Positions 11,957 through 24,039 of a DNA stretch of 64,000 nt are shown here, piece by piece. The position numbers and the translations under genes were made by a program. Within the stretch, counting starts at the first letter, position 1; every line of letters begins with the position of its first letter. This DNA comes from Hydrolagus colliei. Its lineage: Eukaryota. The DNA is taken from assembly GCA_035084275.1 (NCBI GenBank), contig CM068742.1, positions 57,846,001 to 57,910,000 of the forward strand, in the 5' to 3' direction. The notes beneath the pieces were generated by a model. That model saw only the letters and a program-made list of their open reading frames with translations. It had not been told where the DNA came from and did no database searches.

Positions 11957-14089
11957 TTCATATTAACAAAAATGCTTATGTAATTGATTAATCAATCCTC
12001 TCTTTCTCTAAAGGAAGTGATCAACCCCTTCTTGCTAGGAATAGTTTCATTGCACTGCATAAATACTATAATTAAACTATACAGTATGTGCTTTGAGACA
12101 TTGATAAGATGTGAAAAGCACTATATCAAATCCAAGGATCATTATTATTATTGTTATTATATTTGGTTGTGTATGCTACTAATTTGTGTTGTTCTGAGGA
12201 TCATTGATTATTCTTTGCTTTGAACATGCCTTCAAGTAAACTCTTAAAATAACTTGAGCTAATTCCTGCTGTAATCCAACCTTCAACTCCTATTGTACAC
12301 ATATTCAGTCCTGACATCTTGGGTCTTGTGGTATGAATTAACCAGACATACACCCTAGGTAACTAGATCATTAAGCAGCTGAGGTTCTGCGTAATGTAAA
12401 GAGCATGCATAACAATGACAGGGTTGGAAACTCTGAGTGCTTTGTTACATTGATTTTAATAGACAAAGCTATTCTGGTATACAGGAGTGGAACCTGTTTT
12501 AATGGTACAGCGTTCAAATCATCTGTGATTTGAGTTCATATTGGTGAGTCATTGACAAGCAAATTAGTATTTAGTACTGGAATCTAGCAATTAATTTTAT
12601 AATTGGTGTCTTAAAACCATTGCCTATTTAACAATGCAGAATGGTTATATTTGTGATCATTGGTTTCTTTAATACAATCTTGTGGTGGCTCATATTGAGC
12701 TTAAAAATGATCAGATCATTTCCTGTAAGTTAACAAGTTGTCCATATGTATGTACAGAATGACCAAAAATGGTGATACCATTACAATGTCTAATAAGTCA
12801 TAAATAAATGATTATATGTTTCCTATGCCAGTATATATAAATAGTACAGTATATGTATTTTAGATCATAGGATAGGTATCACAATGTTTTGGTTACTCTA
12901 TAGTAACTGCATGTTGGGAAGTTAAATGAAATAAAGTGAACCAAAGGAATTGATAGCAACAAATTGGAATAATATGTAAACAGCTTTGTTCAAGGAGAAA
13001 TAGCCTTAAGCTATGAATATTTTACATTGTTTCTTAATTAAATTTAAAAAAGGAAGAATTAAACAGCATGAACATAAAATTTTGAAAGATTAGAGAAGAT
13101 AATCCTTATGCATTAATTATATTTGCAAGATAATGTGTTGGCAAACATTCCAAATATTGAGAATATATTTCATTTTTTGAATAAGTTAATGCAAATATAC
13201 ATGAATGAGTAGTTGTTATGCAAAATATTTGCAGGCATGTATTAGCCTAAACATCTAGCACATTCTAATACAAAACCAGAAATGTGAAGCAGTTTGCATC
13301 AATTGCAAAAGGATTTTCATATTGAGATCAGAAGTCAACTATGAAATGTGAGACAAAATGGCTCATACAATAAGCTATTGATCAGGTCACTGAATGAAGT
13401 GGAAGAAGGGTGCATTATGGTTGAGCAATTATCTATGCCAGGGCTTAACATAAGAAGTATGATTACCATGCACATAATATTTTGTGACTGCAACTCTTGG
13501 AAAATAAAAGTCAGCATTTTAAGCTAAATGAGATAAATAAGAAATAAAATAGCTTCATTAGAAATTGTCATTTCAAATTGAATGCTCTGGCACCTGTGAT
13601 CTGTATCAATACTGGTTGTAATCATATAAGAAATATGCAACATATATTTTCTGAATATAGACTGAGCCTTTAGAGCAACATGTAATTGGAAATTAGAAAA
13701 CAGATTAAACGATCTGGATAAACTACAAATGAACATTGACATTTATCAGATTTATATCCTCATTACATTGAAAGTAAGTTTCAAAACTGAGTCTTTATTT
13801 ATGTCAGAACTAACTAATTACTCATGCTGGTTTTTCTAAGTATTAATGGTTAATTAATAGTTAACTAATTCTAATGTCTGTTAAGAGATCACATCCTGCG
13901 CCTGAAACATATTTGTCATTGATTTTTCAATAGCATATATCTATTAATTTGTATGTGTGATTTACCAATCAGTAAATTATACTGTATTGGGATTTGAATG
14001 CATTTGGCATTATAAATTCACAGCTGTAAATGTCAACATATATATATATTAACCGCCAAAAAAAGGAAGTACAGTAGTTGATAAATTTT

Positions 14090-14560
14090 CCAAATTTAGA
14101 GGGCAAATCTTCAAGTCCAGGTGGATGCAAAGTCTTAAAGAAACTGGGAAGGAGATAACTGAGGCACAAGCATTTATATTTAAGCGTTCTGTATAGAAGA
14201 AATTTGGAACAGAGAATAGGGCAGCAAAAGGAATACTCTCTTTTTAAAACAAAATCTGATTCAAAAACTACATTAGCTGATTGTTTGAGGAAAGGTTGGA
14301 GTCTACAATAAAAGATGAAATAACTAAATAACTCAAGAGGGAGAATATGATCACAAACAACCAGTATGGATTTATGAAAGGAAGGTCACTCTTGACTAAC
14401 CTTATCGAATTTTTTGAAGAAACAGATAAAGTAGATAAAGAAAATGCAGTGGATGTGGTATTTATTGATTTCTAGAAGGTTTTCGATATGGGACCGCATT
14501 AGAGGCTCATGGTTAAAATCAGGGCCTATGGAGTTATGAAAGAGGTAGCAGAGGACATAT
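14090..14560 (+). mobile_element. Old CR1 ORF2 (RT N-terminal) fragment
   Basis: Reads QYGFMKGRSLLTNLIEFFEE...AVDVVFIDF*KVFD...RLMVKIRAYGV. More degraded continuation is likely near 14950-15130 and 15465-15620. Confidence 0.85.
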
Positions 14561-15152
14561 GAACCTGTCTTCCTGTCTGTAGCTCAGACACATGTCCCTT
14601 CCCATTAAACGATGTTCCACCAGTTTGAAGTGCAGAGTTTAAGCAGCAGCTGCTTGCTGCTCTGCAGGCCAATCAAGGTGGATTTCAGCCGCTGGACGTG
14701 TGAACATGTGTTCATGAACTGGGACTTCAGGTAACCCCTTCCTGCAGCTGTCACCCGAAGCTTGAATTTCCTTATCAGCTATCTGGCAGACACATGCCTT
14801 CAGCGTGGTACGAGGATCTCTCGCTACACTTATTATTTCTGAAAAGATCATAAAAGGTCAAGTGTTGAGATTTGTTTCCCCATAGGAATGGCATTGAACA
14901 AGCATTTACATAAGCCTAAGACAAAATGTTCTGCTATTTTATTCCATTGATATGAAGCGCATCTTGCAGACAATGTTGCAGCTTTATATTAGTCACCAGA
15001 CACATAAAATACTGTGTTCTATTCTAGTCAGAAATTTACAATATAAAAATATATTGGGATTGAAACAGCAGCAAAAATCAACATGGTTGCAAATGGGATA
15101 AATTGTGAAGATAGACTTGATAATGTGGGCACCCCTATTTATCCTGTACTTT

Positions 15153-15460
15153 TAATAAAAATCCTTGCATTTGATATAGCACTTTTCACATCTTATAGAT
15201 GTCTCAAAGCGCTTCACAGGATATACTGTAAAATAAATTGACTGTATATTTGTGGGTGAAACCACAGCTAATTACTCACAGCAGTATCCCACAAACAGTC
15301 ATGGATTGAAAATGACCAATTTATTATTGTTATTTTGGGGGGGAATTATTATTAGGCATGTGGAGTAAGGAAACTTACGCAAGGTTTTGCCCTGCCTGGA
15401 ATTGAACCCAGGTCTCTCGCTTCCAAGGCGAGTGCTCTAACCACTGAGCTACAGGACTCC
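15153..15460 (-). mobile_element. Full-length tRNA-derived SINE (~310 bp)
   Basis: The minus strand starts GGAGTCCTGTAGCTCAGTGGTTAGAGCAC (A box), has GGTTCAATTCC (B box) and ends ATCAAATGCAAGGATT. Confidence 0.92.
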
Positions 15461-17397
15461 ACTTTTGCGAGGACCAGTGCCGTATGAATTGGGATTGAGC
15501 AGCTCAATCTAAAACCAAATTGTGGTTTTGAAGTACAATGGCTGAGATCAACTTTGAGGGGAGACGTGAATCTTTGTGGACTGAAGGGCATCTTGAGGTC
15601 TCCTATATTCTGATGCCTTTTAAATATTAGTAATTTTGAATCTTCTTTTGAATTAGGTGAACATATCCACAGGTTAACATAATACTAATTATTAATAACA
15701 GTACCAATGTTACTAAAATACAGTTTTAAATACATGAATGAAAGATGTTATATTGACAGTTTCACAAATATTACAATTATGACATAAAATATACAATGAA
15801 ATCCTAAATCAGTAGCATCTAATAATAATCCAGAGATAATTGAATGCGCAGCATTAAAATACACTTTATATGCATCATCAAGGTAGTTTCATGAATACTT
15901 AGGCTCAACAAGGATGGTTGGTTGCAAACTGTGGTAACATATGTAACGAGGCATTCTGATAATCCTTTATAACCAAATACAGTAGTCCATCAATGTAGTC
16001 ACAGCAAAGTAACACTTCTTTAGGTGCAAATTTATGTGTGCATGCCCCAGTGTATATGTTTGATGCACATGAATCTCTTTGCTCAATGAAGTGAAGTAAA
16101 AACTTTTGGAAAGATCCATAAGAATTGCAACATTTGTTTTTGGTGGTATAGTTTTGGGAAATTTTAACAATGTAATTGAAATAGGAATTGTGATTGAACT
16201 GCACAATCCCAAACCAAATGAAGTTCGAGTCCAAAGGCTCAGATCAACTTTGAATAGCACAATCCTCAAAGAGGTTTTGAATGCTGTTTAAATTAAGAGA
16301 ATATCTTGGGAATAGGTTGTCACATTTTGCGCACAAAATATACAGCCAATTTACTTTACAATACATTCTGTGAAGCTCTTTGAGGCATCTCAATGACATA
16401 AGGCACTCTATCAAATGCAGTTATTATTATTTTTAAAATTATGATCTAAAATCAGTCGAATGACTGTAATATATGAATTTATTTTCAAAAAGTGTATTTT
16501 TAATATCCTAATATGTACAGTAATGAAATGTATGGATTTATTCACATTAATATTCATCAAAGGAGTTTGGTGTTGTGTCTTGGTTCCTTGAGATACAAAA
16601 GATATTTGGGCTACCAGAACAATTTGTTTGAAAAGTACTGCACAGTACTAAAAAAAAGACCAATATACAATTAAGGCGGCAGGTTATTGTCCGAAGGAAT
16701 GCATTTGCAGTATGTCAAGAAACTGTAATTTTTATGTTTACTGCTTTTTACATTATGCTTATTGAAAAAGATCAGTTAAATTTGCAGAGCAACCAACCAA
16801 CTGCTTCCAATGCAATATTGCCTGCCTAGCGCACATGCATTATTTGTGATTCCCAGAGTTAAAGAGATTAAGTGACTGTACACTTACAATTATTGAGCTC
16901 CATTACAGACATTTTAAATGTTAAATTGCACAGTTAATTTAAATTTCCATAGCAGTCCATAACAGACTCATCAAAGCATACTTGATTCTCGTCAACTCAT
17001 GATGCTTGCTGACTGAAGAATTCAAATGAGATTGATTCAACACTCATTTTTATTTGCAGCTATCACCTTGTTCATTTCCTCATGAAAGTCAAAACATGCT
17101 AAAAATGTTAAAGAAGGTGGAAAATGTAAACCCGATTAGAGGCAAAAGGGGGTTGATTTTGAAGAGCAGCGTTGTGATGCTTATAATTTTCTGGCAATGA
17201 TTAATTCAGTGTTTTCAAATTTAAAACTTGAACAGCAGTGTTATAACATATCCCATGGTGCTTGACAAGATCATACAAATGAACTCTGACTAAAAAGGCA
17301 TAACATACCCATTCCCTGCATTTAAAAATCTCATCAAAATAAAACAATGGGGAGAAATTTGCCTGGTATGTAAATTTGCTCTATTAACATAGCTTAT

Positions 17398-17710
17398 AAT
17401 AATAATAACCCTTGCACTTGATATGGCTCCTCATCACATTGTTGAGACATCTCAAAGAACTTCACAGAATATATTATTAACTGGATGGACAGGGGGTGGG
17501 TTGGTACTATTATAGTAGTAACAATAATAATACAGTACTTGCATTTGATATAGTGCTTTTCTCATCTTCTAGACGTTTCAAAGTGCTTCACAGAATATAC
17601 CATAATGTGAATTGACTGTATATTTGTGGGTGAAACACGGCAGCCAATTGCGCATAGCAATGTCCCACAAACAGTCATAGATTGAAATGACTGATTTATT
17701 ATTGTTTTTA
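17398..17710 (-). mobile_element. Two adjacent SINE 3' fragments
   Basis: Two CTTGCA(C/T)TTGATAT tails at about 17411 and 17538. The second extends through GTCCCACAAACAGTCAT. Confidence 0.8.
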
Positions 17711-19494
17711 TCATTGTATTATCCCTGGAAACGATCCATCAATTGACTATCAACTGGGTTTCTGCTTATTGTTAGGTAAACAAAGACGTGTAGAGTAAGA
17801 AAATTGCTTAGGGTTTAGCCCCGTCTTTGAATCAAATCCGGTTTCTATCGGTTGCAAGGTGAACTCGCTAACTATTACGCTATAGGACTCCAGCTTTTTA
17901 GACTCTGCTGAGCTTGACAAATTCAGCCTTAACTTTAAAATCATAGTTTTACAGTGTGACAAAAAATAGAGAAAATCAACTTCAAAATGAATATTGTATT
18001 AATATTTGGCAGTGAATTTGCCAAATTTTGGATGTACTCAAATTCAAATTCTATGAAGATAGTATTTTAAATATACTTGGCTCATTCTGTGCCAATCTAC
18101 AGCATATTCTTCCTCTTCATCAGGAAGCCTGGAAAATTTGTGCAAACTTCTCAATTATAATCTTTGAAATTGTCCAACTCTTCAGGTCTCCATGACATCA
18201 AGCAGAATTCAATCTAAACTTATTTTGCTTTGCAGATTAAAAATATTTACATATTGATGGCCTGTTGTGGATGTAACACAGACACAAAAATTAGTGGCTC
18301 ATTAACGGGGAATAACCGAGATGTGAAAAGCCTATTAATTTAGACTTAGTTTGAATTAAGTCTTATTTAAGATTGAACCATTTCAAGCAAACAGTGCAGA
18401 TTATGTTAATTGAGACTGGAGAAGCAGCATGCTATCCACAACAATTTGTGTGCTTTGTTTACACAATAGGCACATTTTGCTGCAAAACTCAGGTGGTGAA
18501 AGGTGGTATCAATTATAAAAATTATTTATGTGTTATTATTACTCTCCACCATACATTCAGAAAAGCGGAAAAAGTAAAAAATATAAATCAACTGAGGAAA
18601 TTATCTTATTGTGAATTTATTTATGTAAAAAAAATTGGGATGTGAACAGCTACAAGCAGCCGAGAGATTATTTCAAGGACAAAAGGTGAAAGCTAAGAAC
18701 ATGCAAGTCACAGAAATCTTCTGTGCAACGTGCCTTACAGTATAGCAAAAATTAAATCTTACCTAAGGTGGTACCATATAAATAAAATACAAAAGTGAGT
18801 TTCAGAAAATAAATGACATCAAATTCTGGAGATTGGTAGTGGTCAAATTATATCAATATCTGCTATTTCTCTTGAGTATGAGATGACAACCAGCCCAACA
18901 TTCCCATTCAATTAATAATAGCCTTGAGTGAGTAAGGTGATTCAATGAGAGCTTTTAAGTTTTCATTTGAATGTTTTTAAATTAAATATTTCCATGTGCT
19001 TGGAGAAACATACTTTTTTCAATGATATCAATGTAGACAAATCCAGAATCATAGTGTAATAATTATTTTGAGATGCTTTTCAAGCACCTTTTGTAACATA
19101 TTACCTCCAAATTAGTGGTAACAATTCTGCTCTAGTTAAATTTCATAGCTGTCCTCTCTAGAGTATCTCACTGTCAAAACTGTCTTTACTTACTGAACTT
19201 GAAACATTCTATTATCTGAGCAGGTGTGGGATATGTATGTAAGCGTTCCGTGTTTCTAAAGATCGCTGCATAGAAATTGTGGAATTTCAGTTATAAATAT
19301 GTCATGAGCAATGGGAATAGCTTTAATATTGTATTCCCTGGCGAATGTCTGCCAATCTTTCCATTGTTTCATTATTCACCTGGATACCTAATCATATTTA
19401 ACACTTTAGATCTTAGGATGCACCAGCAATATTCTTCATTAAGCGAGAGATGAGTGACCGATTCATAGATTATGTTGACATTGAATGATGGAGG

Positions 19495-19711
19495 AATATT
19501 AGCCAGGACTTCAAGAGAGTTTCCTTGCATTTCTAAAAATATTGCCAAGGGGTCTCTAATATCTACCTGGACCATCAAACCAAATGTCAGTTAACTTCTC
19601 ATCCAACAATGCAGTATTTCTTCTTAACTGCACTCGAGTGTCAGGTCTACATTGTGAGGTCAATCCCTGGAAGGGATTTTGTACCCACAAGCTTCCGATT
19701 TAGAAGCAAGA
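19495..19711 (-). mobile_element. Old Deu-domain SINE interrupted in its tRNA head by the CR1
   Basis: Deu-like core (CTCATCCAACAATGCAGTATT...ACTGCACTCGAGTGTCAGG). The head appears to resume at 22934 (GAGTGTTGAGGCAAACTGG; compare 27270-27300). Confidence 0.6.
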
Positions 19712-19793
19712 TTCATAGAATCATAGAATTTTACGGCACAAAAGGAGGCCATTCGGCCCATCTAGTCTGTGCCGGCTCTTTGAAAAGAGCGAT

Positions 19794-22690
19794 TCAATCC
19801 CACTGCCCTGCCCGCTCCCCATAGCCTAATAGACCTGTTCTCCCTAAATAAAGATCTAATTCCCTTTTAAAAGTTGTTATCGAATCAGCCTCCACCACCT
19901 TTTCAGGCAATGCATTCCAGATTCGAACAACTCGCTGAGTGAAAAAAATTCTCCTCAGCTCCCCTCTACTTCGCCTTGAAACTATTTTAAATCTGTGACC
20001 ACGAGTCACAGATTCGCCCACGAGTGGAAATAGTTTTTCTCTATTTGCCCTGTCGAAACCCCTCATGATCTTATAAACCTCTATTAGGTCTCCCCTCAAT
20101 CTTCTCTGCTCCAGAGAGAATAACCCTAGCCTATCTAGCCTCTCCTCATAGCTGAAGTCCCTCAATCCTGGCACCATCCTAGTAAATCTTCGTTGTACCC
20201 TTTCCAATGCCTTCACATCCTTTCTGTAGTGTGGTGACCAGAATTGAACACAGTATTCCAGCTGAGGCCTCACCAAAGTCTTATAGAGGTTAGTCAGCAC
20301 TTCTTGACTTTTGTACTCTATACCCCTATTTATAAAGCCTATTATCCCATATGCCTTCTAAACAGCCTTGTCTACCTGTCCTGCCACCTTCAACGAGTCA
20401 CTAACACAAATCCCCAGGTCTCTCTGTTCCTTCACACCATTTAAAATTGTACTATCTAGCCTATATTGCCTCCCTTCATTTCTTCTCCCAAAATGCATCA
20501 CCTCACACTTCTCTGCATTAAACTTCATCTGCCATGTGTCTGCCCACTTTACCAATTCGTCTATATCCTCTTACAGATGGCTACTATCCTCCTCACTATT
20601 TACTATTCTCCCTAACTTAGTGTCATCTGCAAACTTGGAAACTGTACTCCGTACACCCAAGTCCAGATCATTGATGTAGATTACAAACAGCAATGGTCCC
20701 AAAACTGATCCCTGTGGCACACCACTGCTCACTTCCCTCCAATCTGAAAAACAGCCGCTCACTACAACTCTCTGCTTTCTGTCTCGCAGCCAGTTGTGGA
20801 TCCACGCTGCCACTGTCCCTTTTACGCCATGGGCCTTTAATTTCATAATAAGTCTCTCATGTGGCACTTTGTCAAATCCTTTTGAAAGTCCATGTAAACT
20901 ACATCAACTGCGCTACCATTATCCACCCATTCCGTTACCTCATCAAAAAATTCTATCAGATTTGTAAGGCAAGATTTGCCTTTAACAAATCCATGTTGAC
21001 TGTCCTTTATTAGCCTATATCTTTCTAAGTGAAGATCTACCTTGTCCCTGATTATGGACTCTAGAAGTTTGCCCACTACCGACGTTAGACTGACTGGTCT
21101 GTAGTTACCAGGCTTGTCCTTCTGCCCCTTTTTATACAAGGGAGTAACATTAGCTATCCTCCAGTCCTCTGGCACGATCCCTGTGTCCAAGGAAGATTGA
21201 AAGATCTTGGCCAGAGTCCCTGCTATTTGCTCCCGTGCCTCCCTTAGTAACCTAGGTGACTTATCCACCTTGAGCGACGTCAACCTTTTTAGAACGTCCT
21301 CTCTGGTTATAATTATTCTATCCATTTCTCCTACCCTCTCCTCCAATACCATGGCATTGGCTGTATCCTTTTCTTTTGTGAAGACAGAGGCGAAGTACTC
21401 ATTCAGTACATCAGCCTTGCCCTCTGCCTCCACAATGAGATTTCCTCCTAGGTCCCTAATTGGCCCCACCCTATCCTTGACCAACCTTTTACTCTTAATA
21501 TGTTGGTAAGAAACCTTAGGGTTCCCCTTAATCTTACTCGCTAATTGTTTTTCATGCAGTCTCTTTGCCCCTCTAACTTCCTTTTTTAGTTCTATCCTAC
21601 ACTTCCTATATTCTGCTTGGTTCCCTTCTGAATTTTGTGCCTGACACTTATCAGAAGCCTCTTTGTTTTGTTTTATTTTGGCCCCGATTTCCTTAGTCAT
21701 CCAGGGAGGTTTGGATGCCTTACATTTCACCTTTGTAGGGATGCTTTTGACCTGTGCCTGAACTATCTCCTCTTTGAACGCTGCCCACTGCTCGTTAGTT
21801 GTCTTACCTGCCAATTTTTCTTTCCAATCCACCTTGGCTAGGTCCCACCTCAACTCATTGAAATTAGCCCTTTTCCAGTTGATTGTCCTCACCTGTGATC
21901 GTTCCTTATCCCTTTCCATAATTATTCTGAATCTAACGATATTGTGGTCACTATTCCCTAGATGCTCACCTACAGAAACCTGTTGAACTTGCCCTACCTC
22001 ATTTCCCAAAACTAGATCCAGCAATGCTTCTTTCCTCGTTGGACTGGAAACATACTGATCAAGAAAGTTGTCTTGCACACACTTCAGGAATTCTTCTCCC
22101 TCCTTGCCCTTTACTCTACTATTCTGCCAGTCTCTGTTGGGATAGTTGAAGTCACCCACTATCACTACTCTATTAGCTCTGCATTTCTCCGTGATACGCT
22201 TGCAGATCTGCTTGTCTATCTCCTCCCCACTATTTGGTGGTCTATAGTATACCCCTAACAGTGTAACTGCACCTTTTTTATTCCTCATTTCTAACCAGAT
22301 AGATTAGGTTTTTAGTCCTTCTTCCACCTCGTTCCTTTCTAAGGCAGTCACTGAGTCCTTAACTAAAATTGCCACCCCGCCCCCTTTTCTCCCTTCTCTA
22401 TCCCTCCTGAATACATTATAACCAGGAATGTTCAACTCCCATTCCTGCCCATGCTGGAGCCAAATCTCTGTTACTGCTATAACATCATATCGCCTCGCAG
22501 CAACCTGAGCCTGCAGCTCACCAATTTTATTTCTCAAACTTCGTGCATTTACATACATGCACTCTAAGGCACAAATTACTTCCTCTGCACTTTTCTCCCG
22601 TCTTACCCTTACCCCTGTCCTCTTTATTACCCCTCCCGTATCTGAACTACTGTTCAGTTTCCCACCCTCACCCCCCGGGATTAGTTTAAA
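19794..22690 (-). pseudogene. CR1 ORF2 (APE endonuclease plus reverse transcriptase), disrupted
   Basis: Motifs YVNARS, IAVTEIW, VYYRPP, GDFN, LLDLV, SDHN, YRPVSLTS, QHGF, PQGSVLGP and FADD. Premature stops at 22304, 20571 and 20358, a frameshift near 20880, and a probable 7-aa deletion in KSP[GPDGxHP]RLL. Confidence 0.95.
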
Positions 22691-22933
22691 GCCCCCCCCC
22701 ACAAAACTCGACAACCTCCCTGCAAGGAGCTTGGTTCCAGCCCTGTTCAGGTGTAACCCATCCATTTTGTACAGGTTCCACCTACCCCAGAATTGGTCCC
22801 AATGGTCTAGGAACCAGAAACTCTCCTTCCTACACCACTTCTCCAGCCATGCATTGATGTGCCTTATTCTAGCATTCTGGAACTGGCTTGCTCGAGGCAC
22901 TGGAAGCAACCCAGAGATCACCACTCTGTTGGT
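22681..22933 (-). pseudogene. C-terminal part of CR1 ORF1 (SGNH esterase-like domain)
   Basis: RVVISGLLPVPRAS...INAWLEKWC...FLDHW...DGLHLNRAGT. Confidence 0.88.
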
Positions 22934-23374
22934 GAGTGTTGAGGCAAACTGGCTTTCCAACTAAATTCACATGTGTTCATATCTGATGTGGCCTAAGTAT
23001 CTATTATGATATCCATCTTTAATTTCTGCTGTTGGAATGAAGGAGAACGAAAAACAAACTCAAAAGTATCAATTTAGCTTTGATTGCGTTATTTTATAAC
23101 CTTTAAAAACCAGCAGTGTTCTTAATAGTTGTAAGCAGGATTAGAGATATCTAGTAGATTGTTGGGGTACAGCAATAAAAGCTAGGATCACTGCTATCAG
23201 AACACTACCACATCAATAGTAAATTAGTTGAAAACTGATCCACTTACATTCAGACCAGTTTCTTGAAGTTCAAAGTGTAAAATCTTAATAATATCTCTCC
23301 ACCATTGCAACTGGACATTTTGGAGAAATTAGAAATCTGCCATGAACTCTATTTTTTATGTTTTCACCCGTTAT

Positions 23375-24039
23375 GTCTTTCCCCACCTCCGCAACATTTC
23401 CCTACTGTGCCACTACCTTACCCCCAAAGCCGCTGAAACCCTCATCCACGCCTCCATTACATCCCAGCTCTATTATGCAAATCCCCTGCTGGTAGGCTTT
23501 CCCAATTCCTTCCTCCACAGGCTGCAGATAATCCAGAATTCTGCGGGCGGTGTCCTATACCATTCCAAACTCCGTGACCCCATCTTCCCCATCCTTCCCC
23601 ATCCTTCCCCTTTGCTCCCCATCATCCAGAGGATCCAATTCAAGATCTTGGTCCTCACATTTAAAGCTCTCCACAATCTCACCCCACCCTACATGACCTC
23701 TTATCCTCTTACCAACCTGCCCGCCCTCTCTGCTCAGCAGGCTTTGGCCTGCTCCATGTCCCCCAACCCACCCGACCAACTATTGGCGGGCCAGCCTTCA
23801 GCCACTCTGCCCCCAACCTCTGGAACTCCATCCCAAAGTCCGTCTGCCTCGCTGCCTTCCTGGCCTCCTGCAAGTCTCGCCTCAAGACTCTCCTCTTCGA
23901 TGGATTCATCAGAAAATCCTTATCTCCCCCTTCCCTCCCCCACATCCTCAGCTCGGGTCTGAAGCAGTAACTGTCCAGCGCCTTGGGACGTCCTCCTGAC
24001 ATGAAAGGTCCTATACAAATGTGATGTTGTTATTGTTGT
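23375..24039 (+). mobile_element. L2 3' fragment
   Basis: HLRNI...AAETLIHASITSQLYYAN...LQIIQNSA...IQFKILVLTFKALH, with the L2 tail. Confidence 0.9.

Larger units (their letters stand above)
19712..22933 (-). mobile_element. 5'-truncated CR1 non-LTR retrotransposon (~3.2 kb)
   Basis: Contains the ORF1 esterase C-terminus, the APE endonuclease, the RT, a short 3' UTR and an 8-bp terminal repeat (TCATAGAA x2 on the + strand, 19713-19728). Confidence 0.97.

Noticed and set aside
15385-15460. tRNA genes here and at 31830, 45104 and 60937
   Set aside because: Each tRNA-like head continues into the same SINE body and tail and lacks a proper acceptor stem.
20843-22288. 481-aa ORF as a functional or domesticated RT gene
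   Set aside because: It is bounded by a nonsense codon and a frameshift within a decaying CR1 ORF2, and it ends before the FADD motif.
22934-22960. N-terminal MESQFASTL of the 218-aa ORF
   Set aside because: It lies outside the CR1 truncation point in flanking DNA, with no real AUG start.
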